Source of the DNA: an uncultured cyanobacterium
Lineage (GTDB): Bacteria > Cyanobacteriota > Cyanobacteriia > Phormidesmidales > Phormidesmidaceae
Length of the DNA: 64,000 bases
Direction of reading: 5' to 3'
NCBI GenBank assembly: GCA_963793265.1
Contig: CAWBZI010000001.1
Coordinates: 832,001-896,000 of the forward strand
Below, piece by piece: positions 1-9,696 of this stretch; position 1 is the stretch's first letter; every line of letters begins with the position of its first letter. The notes beneath the pieces are model-generated. The model was not told the DNA's origin. It did no database searches and saw only the letters and a list, made by a program, of their open reading frames with translations. Made by a program: the position numbers and the translations under genes.

Positions 1-1549
1 AAAACTGAGAGGACGTTTTCTCAAAAGCAATCGGGCCTAAGCTAGGAGCCATGCCATATTGCGTCACGGCCTTCTCAGCCAAATCGGTTGCCTTTTGAAT
101 GTCGTCGCTAGCACCCGTCGAAACCTTACCAAACACGACTTCTTCAGCGGCCCGCCCGCCCAATAAGGTCGCAAGCTGGCCGCGTAGCTCATCTTCGAGC
201 ATCAAGAAGCGGTCTTCTTGCGGCGTTTGCATCGTGTAGCCCAAGGCTCCTTTGCCGCGAGGAACAATAGAGATTTTAGAGACTTGATGACCACCGGGCA
301 TCAGAGCACCGACAATGGCATGGCCGACTTCGTGATAGGCCACGGTTTTGCGCTCGGTAGGAGAAAGAATGCGCGATCGCTTCTCCAAACCAGCAACCAC
401 CCGCTCAATCGCCTCCTTAAAGTCAGCCATCAGCACTGCCTGACGGTTGTTACGGGCTGCCAGTAAAGCGGCTTCGTTAATAAGGTTTGCTAAGTCTGCG
501 CCTGCAAAGCCGGATGTTTGAGTTGCGATCACTTCCAAATCCACATCCTCCCCCATAATCACCGCCCGCGAGTGCACCTGCAAAATCTCCAGTCGCCCGC
601 TCTTGTCAGGCCGATCGACTAGCACCTGCCGATCAAAACGCCCTGCCCGCTTCAGCGCTGGGTCTAAAATCTCAGGTCTGTTGGTCGCCGCAATCAAAAT
701 CACGCCCGTATTGCCATCAAAGCCATCCATCTCAGTAAGCAACTGATTCAACGTTTGCTCACGTTCGTCGTTGCCACCATTAGGATTGTTGCCTCCACGA
801 GACTTACCAATCGCGTCTAGCTCATCAATAAAGACAATACAAGGAGACTGCTTTTTAGCTTTGTTGAACAAATCGCGAACCCGTGAAGCGCCTACGCCCA
901 CATACATTTCAACAAACTCTGAGGCTGCAATACTCAAGAAGGGTACATTCGCCTCTCCTGCAACCGCTCTAGCCAAAAGTGTCTTACCCGTTCCCGGTGG
1001 GCCTACCAACAAAACGCCCTTGGGCATTTTTGCGCCGATCTTCCGATACTTCTCACCGTCTTTCAAAAAGTCAACCACTTCCTGAAGCTCTTGCTTGGCC
1101 TCATCCACGCCTGCCACATCAGCGAATGTAACCGCTGCGTCCTTTCCCTTGGCCCGGCTAGCGCTAGGGCTATAGGCCCGCGCCTTACTCTTACCCGTTG
1201 CGCCCATACCCGCAGAGCCCATCACATCCCCCATCTTTCCACTTTTAGAAAGCCAGGCAAAAGCACCCATCAAAGCGCCCGTAGAAAGCAATAGTCCAAC
1301 TAGGCTCGCTGTCGCCGCAGAAGTATCTGCAAGCGTAGTAAATTCAACGCCATGAGAGCGGAACAACTCGGCTGCGCTATGTGTGACTTCAGCAGGCTGA
1401 GTCGTCATGTAGCGCTTACCGCCAAACTCAGGCTTAAGGCGATAGTCGATTCTGTTGTTGGGGCGAATCGTCGCTCGCTGAACTTGGTTCGCTGTAACGT
1501 GATTAACAAAAGTACTGTAGTCAGCTCGCAGGAGGGTTTCCGTCTTCAT
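1..1549 (-). CDS. ftsH: ATP-dependent zinc metalloprotease FtsH (FtsH4-like; runs off the left edge of the window)
   Basis: Absent from the ORF track and translated by hand from the ATG at 1549: [18 protein letters not shown]...[24 protein letters not shown]...[18 protein letters not shown] (Walker A)...[10 protein letters not shown] (Walker B)...[20 protein letters not shown]...AYHEVGHA (HExxH). Confidence 0.97.
   Translation of the reverse strand, partial: MKTETLLRADYSTFVNHVTANQVQRATIRPNNRIDYRLKPEFGGKRYMTTQPAEVTHSAAELFRSHGVEFTTLADTSAATASLVGLLLSTGALMGAFAWLSKSGKMGDVMGSAGMGATGKSKARAYSPSASRAKGKDAAVTFADVAGVDEAKQELQEVVDFLKDGEKYRKIGAKMPKGVLLVGPPGTGKTLLARAVAGEANVPFLSIAASEFVEMYVGVGASRVRDLFNKAKKQSPCIVFIDELDAIGKSRGGNNPNGGNDEREQTLNQLLTEMDGFDGNTGVILIAATNRPEILDPALKRAGRFDRQVLVDRPDKSGRLEILQVHSRAVIMGEDVDLEVIATQTSGFAGADLANLINEAALLAARNNRQAVLMADFKEAIERVVAGLEKRSRILSPTERKTVAYHEVGHAIVGALMPGGHQVSKISIVPRGKGALGYTMQTPQEDRFLMLEDELRGQLATLLGGRAAEEVVFGKVSTGASDDIQKATDLAEKAVTQYGMAPSLGPIAFEKTSSQF
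373..380. repeat. HIP1 octamer GCGATCGC (representative copy; many copies across the window, e.g. 10351, 41483, 47144)
   Basis: The palindrome recurs throughout the window; HIP1 is a known cyanobacterial genome signature. Confidence 0.95.
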
Positions 1550-1848
1550 TAGGTGGGGTCTTCGCTTTTCAACAGTTTAAGTATGCAGTTGTTGAACAGA
1601 CAGTAAAAGATGAGATAACCCCACTACTTTCACGGTTTTTGTGCTGCAAGGGAAAGCCAGTATACGGCTACTACGAAAGATTGTTCTGGTTCTCCGTAGG
1701 CAAGCAGTAGAACAGAAAAGTAGGTAGGGGAATAACCGTCTGTTTTTTTACAGAGCTTTTGATGGCCTGATTAGAATCTTTTAGAACGGCACCTTTAAAC
1801 TGAAAATCTATGTAATATAAAGAGCAGTCAATATTACTTAGAAGGGTC

Positions 1849-2202
1849 ATGAGTTCTGCGATCGCAACGATTACAAAAGCAGAATTAGGGGCAGCGCCTA
1901 TTCAAGCGACAGCCGCATCACCAGCGGCGGTCAAAGAAAGATCGCGCAGTGTCGTCAAAGAAAAATATCCCAACTATAAAATCATCGTGCTCAATGACGA
2001 CTTCAATACGTTTGAGCACGTTGTCAAAACGCTGACCACCTATCTACCCGGCGTAAACAGCGACCAGGCGTGGGATTTGGCCGGTAAAATTCACAATGAA
2101 GGCCAGGCGATTGTCTGGACAGGCCCCTTAGAGCAGGCCGAGCTATACCACTCACAGCTTATTAGAGCGGGGCTTACGATGGCACCTCTAGAGAAGGCTT
2201 AG
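1849..2202 (+). CDS. clpS: ATP-dependent Clp protease adaptor ClpS
   Basis: YKIIVLNDDFNTFEHVV...IHNEGQAIVWTGPLEQAELY, the ClpS core. Confidence 0.93.
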   Translation: MSSAIATITKAELGAAPIQATAASPAAVKERSRSVVKEKYPNYKIIVLNDDFNTFEHVVKTLTTYLPGVNSDQAWDLAGKIHNEGQAIVWTGPLEQAELYHSQLIRAGLTMAPLEKA

Positions 2203-2274
2203 ATAAGACAGCTTTGGACTGTAGACGCATCAAAGGTTATGGTCGAATAACCTCAGCGTGCAGGCAAAGCAACC

Positions 2275-2664
2275 GTGGGCAAGAAGGGTACCGGGAAAAC
2301 GGGTAAAGCAAAAAAAGGCTCAAAGCAGTCTGCCAAACCAAAAAAGGCTAAGTCTGATCAGACAAAGCTGGCTAAGAAAAAGCCTAATAAAGGTAGAGTC
2401 GTCGTCACACACTCTACCTACATTCCTGGGCTAATTAATCTACTTGAGAAGTTAGCCACGTATCCCGAGATTCAGACGATCACGCCTGCTGTGATCTCGC
2501 GCGTAAAATCGAATTCACCTAAGATGCGCCTGAAGGTGTCAGTACCTATCACGGGCGGGCACAAGCTAATTGCTCGTCAGCGGAAGTCGGCGCAAGAGGT
2601 GTTTGTGATTACGCAGTGGACAAAGGCAGAACTAGAGCAGGCGATCACCCACATCCTTTCCTAA
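2275..2664 (+). CDS. DUF2103-like conserved protein with Lys-rich N-terminus
   Basis: GRVVVTHSTYIPGL...TITPAVI...LRLKVSVP-type segment...SAQEVFVIT pattern; GTG start. Confidence 0.7.
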   Translation: MGKKGTGKTGKAKKGSKQSAKPKKAKSDQTKLAKKKPNKGRVVVTHSTYIPGLINLLEKLATYPEIQTITPAVISRVKSNSPKMRLKVSVPITGGHKLIARQRKSAQEVFVITQWTKAELEQAITHILS

Positions 2665-3875
2665 TGCCAAGCCCACCTCACAGCACCGACTGGCATGCAG
2701 AAGGGTCAGCCAAGTTTCAAACCGGCAATGCCTTCTTTCGCACCAGTAGCAGCACGGGTCGAGATTTGGCTGTGCTGGCTGCGATCGCCCACAAATCCCA
2801 CCTTGCCGATACCCCTTTCCGCGTCCTCGACGCCATGACCGGCTGCGGCGTCCGACCACTACGCTATGCCCTAGAAGCCAATGCTGATTATGTATGGGCA
2901 AACGAAGGCAACTCAGACTTACAGCCACTTCTGCAAGCCAATCTCAGCGGTAGCCTTTCGTCTGAGCGCTATCGCATCACGCATCAAAACGCTAATACCG
3001 TCTTTTTTGACTGCTATCAGCGTCAAGACTTTTACGATCTGATTGATGTAGACGGCTTTGGGAGTCCGATGCCTGTGATCGCCAACGCCCTATGGGCCGT
3101 CAAACTCGGTGGCCTGATCTATCTCACCAGCACCGATGGCCGCACCACCAGCGGCCGCGCACCCGACAAAAGCCTGCAAACCTACAGTGCTTATGCTCGC
3201 AATCATCCAGCAGTACACGAACAGGGGCTCAGACTACTCATCGGTCTAATCTTGCAACAGGCGGCTGCCAGAGGGCTTGCGGCAAAACCCGTCTTCTCTT
3301 TTTACAAGGGCGAAGTAAACCGCGTTATGGTTCGCGTTTCTAAGCCTTCAAACGAATGGAATTCTGCTAGCTACGGCTTCTTAGCCTACTGCTATCACTG
3401 CGGCCAGTTTCAAAGCGTCCCCTGGAAAAAGCTCAGCCGCGTCTTATGTACTTGCAATCCACACGACCAAGCAGACGACCAAATCGATAAGCCTATTGTC
3501 AGTGGGCCAATGTGGCTAGGGCCGCTACACGATACCAGCGAATTAGAAAACATGAGGCAGATTGCAGTCACGCTAACGCAAACATCAGCCGAAACAAAAG
3601 CCAATTCAAACAGCTGGGCTCACTGCCAACCACTGATAGAAACGCTACAGGCCGAAGCCAATCTACCGCCCTATCACTACCCCCTAGCCGAAATTGGCCG
3701 ACGAGGAAAAATGGACATTCCACCTCGTCAGGCGCTCCTATCGCAGCTACAGCAAGCAGGATTTGCCGCGACACCCACACATATCAGCCCTCAAGCGATT
3801 AAAACCGATGCCCCGATTGCCGCCTGCATCCGTTTAGCTAAGCAAGTGTCACAGTTAAGGCACCTGCCGGAATAG
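2664..3875 (+). CDS. trm1: tRNA (guanine-N2)-(di)methyltransferase, Trm1 family
   Basis: NAFFR..S...RDL, VLDAMTGCGVR (SAM binding), DLIDVDGFGSP, TSTDG, CxxC, GPMWLGPLHD, THISPQAIKTDAP. The likely start ATG at 2664 overlaps the upstream TAA (TAATG). Confidence 0.88.
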   Translation: MPSPPHSTDWHAEGSAKFQTGNAFFRTSSSTGRDLAVLAAIAHKSHLADTPFRVLDAMTGCGVRPLRYALEANADYVWANEGNSDLQPLLQANLSGSLSSERYRITHQNANTVFFDCYQRQDFYDLIDVDGFGSPMPVIANALWAVKLGGLIYLTSTDGRTTSGRAPDKSLQTYSAYARNHPAVHEQGLRLLIGLILQQAAARGLAAKPVFSFYKGEVNRVMVRVSKPSNEWNSASYGFLAYCYHCGQFQSVPWKKLSRVLCTCNPHDQADDQIDKPIVSGPMWLGPLHDTSELENMRQIAVTLTQTSAETKANSNSWAHCQPLIETLQAEANLPPYHYPLAEIGRRGKMDIPPRQALLSQLQQAGFAATPTHISPQAIKTDAPIAACIRLAKQVSQLRHLPE

Positions 3876-3921
3876 GCACTCTGTAGGGTGAATACATAAG
3901 CGTTCACTTCGTAAAAAGGCC

Positions 3922-4602
3922 ATGAAAGCAGCACTCGCAGGATTAGCAATTGTAGCCGCCGCTGTTGGCGGGGGCATTGGCTACGCTGGAATGCAGACAA
4001 CCGAACTGCCCGAGTGGTATGCCGAAGCGACCAACGATTCTGCTCAGCGGGTCGCAAGCAGTCAAGCCGATGGCACTTTTCCTGAAAACTATTCGGTAGA
4101 ATCAAACGCGGTGTATGAAGACGGACGCACAACCACCGTGATTCCAGCCGGTGAGCTGAACCAAATGGTGACCGATGCGATCGCCAGCCAACCCTACACT
4201 GCCCCCATACTAGATGTCGCCAAAGACATCAATACTGCCATCCAAAACGGTCGAGTCGAAAGCGGCGCAACCATCAATCTTTCAGATCTACCCCTAGCAG
4301 CACTCCCCACAGAAGGCCGACAGGCCGTAGAGCAGCTTACGCAAACCTTTCCATTCCTCGCCAATCGCGACGTGTACTTAGGCATCGAGGGCCGTCCCAA
4401 GATCGTTGATGGAGCCCTCAGCTTAGATGACACACATATCAAAATAGGCCAGCTCAAGCTACCGATTGGCAGCGTAGCGAGACAGTTAGGGCTATCACAG
4501 GGCGACATTGAGCAGCAAATAGATGCGCTACTTTCCCAGCAAGGGCTAACGCTAGACGATGTTGAAATTGTGGATGGAGAACTGGTTATTCAAGGCCAGT
4601 AA
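3922..4602 (+). CDS. Hypothetical protein with N-terminal signal or membrane anchor
   Basis: 226-aa ORF with a hydrophobic N-terminus (MKAALAGLAIVAAAVGGGIG). Confidence 0.75.
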   Translation: MKAALAGLAIVAAAVGGGIGYAGMQTTELPEWYAEATNDSAQRVASSQADGTFPENYSVESNAVYEDGRTTTVIPAGELNQMVTDAIASQPYTAPILDVAKDINTAIQNGRVESGATINLSDLPLAALPTEGRQAVEQLTQTFPFLANRDVYLGIEGRPKIVDGALSLDDTHIKIGQLKLPIGSVARQLGLSQGDIEQQIDALLSQQGLTLDDVEIVDGELVIQGQ

Positions 4603-4626
4603 CTTAGCCCATAGCAAGTAAATAAC

Positions 4627-4968
4627 TTACTGTTCTTGAATCAGTCGCATGTAGTTTTGCTTGAGCTGAATATTACTCTTAGCCATCTTTTCAGACAGAC
4701 CAGCTTCAGCATCGCTCAGGCTCTCGTAGAACATTGCAGAGCGCTGTACCGAAATATATTCCTGCCAAAGCTGCTTGAGTAGCTTTGGAGCCGCTGAGCT
4801 ATCTGTCTCTATTTGAGAAATGATGGCGTTGAACTGCTCATTGGCCTGGTCATAGTTTTTACTGTCTTTTGCTAGCGAGATAGCACCCGATAGCGTCACT
4901 TCCAACAGGCTTTTCTGGGGTGCTTCGGTGGGCGCTAGGTTTGAAGCTTCTGAAGTATTCTCTGGCAT
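4627..4968 (-). CDS. Hypothetical helical protein
   Basis: 113-aa ATG ORF filling the gap; coiled-coil-like C-terminus (QNYMRLIQEQ). Confidence 0.7.
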   Translation of the reverse strand: MPENTSEASNLAPTEAPQKSLLEVTLSGAISLAKDSKNYDQANEQFNAIISQIETDSSAAPKLLKQLWQEYISVQRSAMFYESLSDAEAGLSEKMAKSNIQLKQNYMRLIQEQ

Positions 4969-5069
4969 CGTTAAGGATTATTGGTATTGATTACGTCATT
5001 TACAGTGAGCCATAAATCGCGCGCAATCTCCTCTTCATAAATGCAGAAATATTCAGATCGATACAAGCA

Positions 5070-5630
5070 CTAGCGACGATAAGTCGTACAGCCCCAGTGC
5101 CGACTTCGAGGTGATCTTGGCCCGCGCCACCCACGCCTGCGCAGTTCCTTTGCAATCAACCCGTTAATCCCGCCGTGAGCCACTAGCACCACGGCCTTAG
5201 ATTTTTGAATCTGATCTTCTAATAAATCAGCAGCAGCCTTAGCTCTAGCTCTTGATCGCGTCAAAGACTCAGAGCGCGACGTGTATCCCAATCGCCACAG
5301 CCCCATTGCCATTGCCGACCACATCAACGCCGAAAATCGAAGGTGACGCGAAAAATCAACCGGAAACTCAATCTCTCGAAATCTTGAATCAGCGGTGGTC
5401 GGTGCCACAGCACCTAATAGCTCAGCCGTGTGCATGGCCCGAGGGCGGTTGCTGGTAAATACAACATCCGCAGCCGCAACAACCTGCTTTACAGACAGAG
5501 GTGGTAGCGATCGCCCCTCAATCCTGGCCGCATCATAACGTTCTACAAACTGCCGAAACTGATGCCCGCTCACCTTTTGGCGCAAAGACACTGCGGGCGG
5601 GCCATGGCGAATAAGCGTAATCGAAGGCAT
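5070..5630 (-). CDS. Histidine phosphatase family protein
   Basis: ITLIRHG, FTSNRPRAMHTA, FREI and VLVAHGG motifs; likely start MPSITLIRHG at 5630. Confidence 0.85.
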   Translation of the reverse strand: MPSITLIRHGPPAVSLRQKVSGHQFRQFVERYDAARIEGRSLPPLSVKQVVAAADVVFTSNRPRAMHTAELLGAVAPTTADSRFREIEFPVDFSRHLRFSALMWSAMAMGLWRLGYTSRSESLTRSRARAKAAADLLEDQIQKSKAVVLVAHGGINGLIAKELRRRGWRGPRSPRSRHWGCTTYRR

Positions 5631-5750
5631 AAGCGAAGCGACTCTAAATACGACAGACCTAACAGGAACCAACCGAGAACTGGCAGACGATAGCGTAAAA
5701 TCTTCAAAAGATTCAGTATTTGGCGCTAGAGACTCCTCGCGCAAAACTCT

Positions 5751-6779
5751 ATGGTAAACGCGGTGAACGTAGCTTCTAACCCTGCACCTACACTTTCAAC
5801 TGAGCCCAACTGGCAACACTTCGCAGACAAAGCACTAGCAGGTGATGTGCTGACTTGCACCGAGGCTCTCTCAATACTATCCGCGCCTGATAGCGCTATT
5901 CTCGATCAGCTTGCCGCTGCCTATCGCGTTCGCCGTCAGTATTGGGGCGATCGCGTCCGCCTACACTTTTTACTCAACGCCCAAAGCGGCCTGTGCCCCG
6001 AAGACTGCCACTACTGCTCCCAGTCCAAAATTTCAGGGGCCGAAATTGAAAAATATCCGCTCATGGCCAAAGAGAAGATTGTTGCCGCCGCAGGCCGGGC
6101 TCATGAGATAAAGGCAGGCACTTTCTGCATGGCGATCTCAGGCCGCAGTCCTTCTGAAAAAGTGTTCGAGGGCATCTTGGAAGCCGTTCGCACTGTCAAA
6201 GGCCAGTACCCCATGAAGGTGTGCACTACCCTAGGTCTGCTTAACGAAGATCAGGCCAGCCAGCTCAAGTCAGCCGGTGTAGATCGCATTAATCACAACC
6301 TCAATACCGCCGAAAGCCACCACGAAGACATCTGCACCACCCATACTTTTCAAGACCGGCTCTCTACGGTCAAAGCTGTGCAGTCAGCCGGGCTCACTAC
6401 CTGCTCAGGCGGCATTTTTGGCATGGGCGAAACGGATGATGACATTGTGTCTCTGGCACTATCGCTGCGATCGCTCAACGTCACAAGCGTACCGCTAAAC
6501 TTCTTAATCCCCATCGAAGGCACCCCTTTCTCACAAAAAAACGAACTCACGCCGCAGCGCTGCCTGCGAATACTGTGCCTGTTTCGGCTGCTGCTGCCCG
6601 CCCAAGAGATTCGGATTGCAGGCGGACGGGAGGTTCATTTGCGATCGCTTCAGCCCCTTGGCCTCTACGCCGCCAACTCCATTTTTGTAGGTGACTACCT
6701 CACCACACCTGGTCAGTCAGCACAGCAGGACTTCGCCATGATCCGCGACGCCGGGTTCACCATAGAAGAACAGGATTAA
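5751..6779 (+). CDS. bioB: Biotin synthase
   Basis: [11 protein letters not shown] (CxxxCxxC), [49 protein letters not shown]. Confidence 0.97.
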   Translation: MVNAVNVASNPAPTLSTEPNWQHFADKALAGDVLTCTEALSILSAPDSAILDQLAAAYRVRRQYWGDRVRLHFLLNAQSGLCPEDCHYCSQSKISGAEIEKYPLMAKEKIVAAAGRAHEIKAGTFCMAISGRSPSEKVFEGILEAVRTVKGQYPMKVCTTLGLLNEDQASQLKSAGVDRINHNLNTAESHHEDICTTHTFQDRLSTVKAVQSAGLTTCSGGIFGMGETDDDIVSLALSLRSLNVTSVPLNFLIPIEGTPFSQKNELTPQRCLRILCLFRLLLPAQEIRIAGGREVHLRSLQPLGLYAANSIFVGDYLTTPGQSAQQDFAMIRDAGFTIEEQD

Positions 6780-7536
6780 ATACATAAGTAAGTTATGCAT
6801 ATTTATGTTAAGCCTTATTAGCTTGTTGGCAGCGCATGAGCGTCCAAAATGAGCTAAAAAAAGCAGGAATTTTATGGAGCCGCGGTGAGGTACGAGGGCT
6901 TGTTATGGCGTTGCGTGCACTTCCGTTTGCTCCTCAGCAATGCTTTTGTATTTTTAGCCTTTTAGGTAGGGAGCTTTTGTAGCCTTTTGACCGTCTGTAG
7001 AAATGTTTGAGGGCCTATCTCTCTATGGTCTTTCTTCTATAGGTCGAGGTCTAGTATCAAATCTAATAGCAACCAAATCATTCAGGGCAAAGTAATAGGT
7101 GCTCTCAGGGCTATCAGCCTAATGCTATCTATTGAAAAGCATCTCACAAGAATAAATCTATCCTTCACTCAAGGACACCGTTCACCAAAAAGCTAGATTG
7201 GCGCACATGGCTACGTGACCTTCGGTTCAGCTCTTTTGTAAAGCTTGTCTGCGGACTTGTCTTGCAAGGTTACGTAAGTAATTACTATTATGTATGTGCT
7301 AAAAATAACCTTCTAATATAACGAGGGCATTTATCGCTAGCATCAACATAGTGATAGAGCGCCCTATCACGCTGAAACAGATCTTCCACCGACAATAGTA
7401 GGTACGTATATCAGAGATGTCTCTACGTGGTCATCCTATAAGTGAGGTAATAGAAGCTACACAAAACAGTCCCTTCAGGGGAATCGTCGTCTTTCCTTTA
7501 AAAAGTGGTTATTTACAGTTTTTCAACCGTCCTCAT

Positions 7537-8106
7537 ATGCGCCACCCTATTCCTAAAATGACAAAACGGGTTACAACAGTCGGCCCTACTGCCACTTGGC
7601 CGACCCGGTGGTCAACCCATTGGCTAACCTGGCCGCTCGCTAAGCGGATAGCCATTTCTTTAATTATTTCGCCTATAGCCATCGGACTCATAAGCTGTGA
7701 AGAAGACGCATACGATAGCGACAACACAGCAACCATCCCCAATGCTAGCAATACCGCTGGCGTGCAGTCTGCGCCCGAGCTAGCCATTATCTACCCAGAG
7801 GGAAATCCAGGTGATAACAGCGCCTTTATTCAGGTCGCAGAAAACGATCCCACCGTTACTCAGGTCAATGCTCAAGACGCGCCCGGCAGCACCCTCATCT
7901 ATCGACTGCAAGACGGTGAAGATATGAATAAATTTGTGATGGACGAAACCACAGGCTCGCTCAGCTTCAAAGAGCTTCCCGACTGGGAAAGACCTCACGA
8001 CGCCGATGGTAACAACAACTACATGGTGCTGTGGCAAGTTGTTAGCTCAACGGGCGAAGCACGCAGCCAGTTTTTGGTTATTCAAGTAACCGATCTGCCT
8101 GACTAA
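7537..8106 (+). CDS. Putative lipoprotein with a single bacterial cadherin-like domain (start uncertain: 7417, 7537 or 7558)
   Basis: A hydrophobic stretch ending GLIS-C, then VAEN...V.AQD...YRL..GED...F.MD..TGSLSF...PDWERPHDADGNNNY.V...VIQVTD. Confidence 0.75.
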   Translation: MRHPIPKMTKRVTTVGPTATWPTRWSTHWLTWPLAKRIAISLIISPIAIGLISCEEDAYDSDNTATIPNASNTAGVQSAPELAIIYPEGNPGDNSAFIQVAENDPTVTQVNAQDAPGSTLIYRLQDGEDMNKFVMDETTGSLSFKELPDWERPHDADGNNNYMVLWQVVSSTGEARSQFLVIQVTDLPD

Positions 8107-8255
8107 AACATCCTGACTAGAACATCTTAAAACGTCTTAAGTTGATGCTGATTCTAAACGCACTTGCGTAGCAGGCCGCTCCTTGGTGCGTTCAGCCATC
8201 AATTAGGCATAATATAAATAGAGCATATTCGCTTAGTTGTCCTTACCGTAGCCGC

Positions 8256-9011
8256 ATGGGTCGCCGCCTATTTATCGGAGATATTCACGGCCATTACGAT
8301 GGGCTGATGCAGCTAGTTGCCATGATTTCACCGAGTCAGCAAGATACGCTGCACTTCGTCGGCGACCTGATTGATAGAGGCCCTAAAAGCGCCCAGGTAG
8401 TAGAGTTTGTACGAAATAGCAACTCTCTGTGTGTGATGGGCAATCATGAGCATCTTTTACTCAATGCTTTCCCAGAAGAAAATCCTAATTTAGGCGCTTT
8501 TCAAGGCTGGCTCAATAGCGGCGGACAGCCGACATTAACTAGCTATCCGAGTACAGAAGCACTGCTCGAACATGTGGAGTGGATGAAAGCACTACCGCTG
8601 TACCTAGATTTAGGAGATGTCTTTTTAGTCCATGCCGGGCTCGATCCGCATAAGAATTTAAGCCAGCAAACCCAAATGGACTTTTGCTGGATTCGCGATG
8701 CCTTTCACAGTCACCCTACGCCAGTATTTGCTGACAAACGCATCATCACAGGTCATACCATCACGTTTACTCTGCCAGGGGTAGCGCCCGGACAGATTGC
8801 TCAAGGCCCTGGCTGGCTAGATATTGACACAGGAGCCTATCATCCCAAGAGCGGCTGGCTGAGTGCGGTAGATATTGATCACGGTTTGGTTTATCAGGTT
8901 AATACCAATACGCGCGCACGCAAAATGACTACGCTCAACAATGCAGCCGTTTCAATCGATCCGGCTGCTGTTAAGCCAAGGCAAAGAAAGCGACAGTTTG
9001 TTATTCATTGA
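8256..9011 (+). CDS. Metallophosphoesterase (PPP-family Ser/Thr phosphatase-like)
   Basis: GDIHG, GDLIDRG, GNHE, VHAG, GHT and IDTGA motifs. Confidence 0.93.
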   Translation: MGRRLFIGDIHGHYDGLMQLVAMISPSQQDTLHFVGDLIDRGPKSAQVVEFVRNSNSLCVMGNHEHLLLNAFPEENPNLGAFQGWLNSGGQPTLTSYPSTEALLEHVEWMKALPLYLDLGDVFLVHAGLDPHKNLSQQTQMDFCWIRDAFHSHPTPVFADKRIITGHTITFTLPGVAPGQIAQGPGWLDIDTGAYHPKSGWLSAVDIDHGLVYQVNTNTRARKMTTLNNAAVSIDPAAVKPRQRKRQFVIH

Positions 9012-9046
9012 AACTTAGATCAAGAAGACTTAAGATCAAGGTGCCA

Positions 9047-9520
9047 TCAGGCCAGCACCGTTTTACCGGCAAAGTAATCCTGTAGCTGCGCGGTATGGTC
9101 GTGCGCTAGTGTTGCAGTCGGCATATCTTCTGGATGAAATGCCTGAACTTCAAGAACTTCTGCCTCATCAAAAATATTGAAAGATCCCTCAACACTCGCT
9201 TCTAAAGCGACGCATACCGAGTGAAATCGAGGATCTCTATTAGCCGCAGAATATACGCCTACCAGGCGACCAACTTTTGTGATTGTCAAGCCAGTTTCTT
9301 CGGTTAGCTCACGCTTAGCGGCAGTTTCAATAGTTTCATCCCAGTCCACAATGCCGCCTGGCAGGCTCCATAGGCCATTATCACGGCGGCGAATGAGCAC
9401 AATGCGACCGTCTGGAAGGAGGGGGATGATACTTGTGCCCACAATAGGACGGCGTAGTAACAAGCCTAGTAAGGTGCGAACCGGACGTAAGCCGTGAATC
9501 GGATTAAAGGTGTTCGGCAT
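9047..9520 (-). CDS. Nudix hydrolase
   Basis: Nudix box GGIVDWDETIETAAKRELTEETGL; GVYS...RDPR. Confidence 0.92.
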   Translation of the reverse strand: MPNTFNPIHGLRPVRTLLGLLLRRPIVGTSIIPLLPDGRIVLIRRRDNGLWSLPGGIVDWDETIETAAKRELTEETGLTITKVGRLVGVYSAANRDPRFHSVCVALEASVEGSFNIFDEAEVLEVQAFHPEDMPTATLAHDHTAQLQDYFAGKTVLA

Positions 9521-9696
9521 CAGAAAAACTTAGGCTGATGGGGTTACCGTTAGCAACCTGTCGGTTACTGATAAACGGCTAAGAAATTGTATACCAAGAG
9601 GCTGAAGAAACAGGGAAATCACATTCGCAATCTGCCAAAGTTCACAATAGCTACGACACTCTACGAAATTTCAATGTCATCAAAGCATCTTGAGTG

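Noticed and set aside
218..1552. Four short plus-strand ORFs in the track
   Set aside because: They are antisense shadows of ftsH, which the track missed because its stop lies outside the window.
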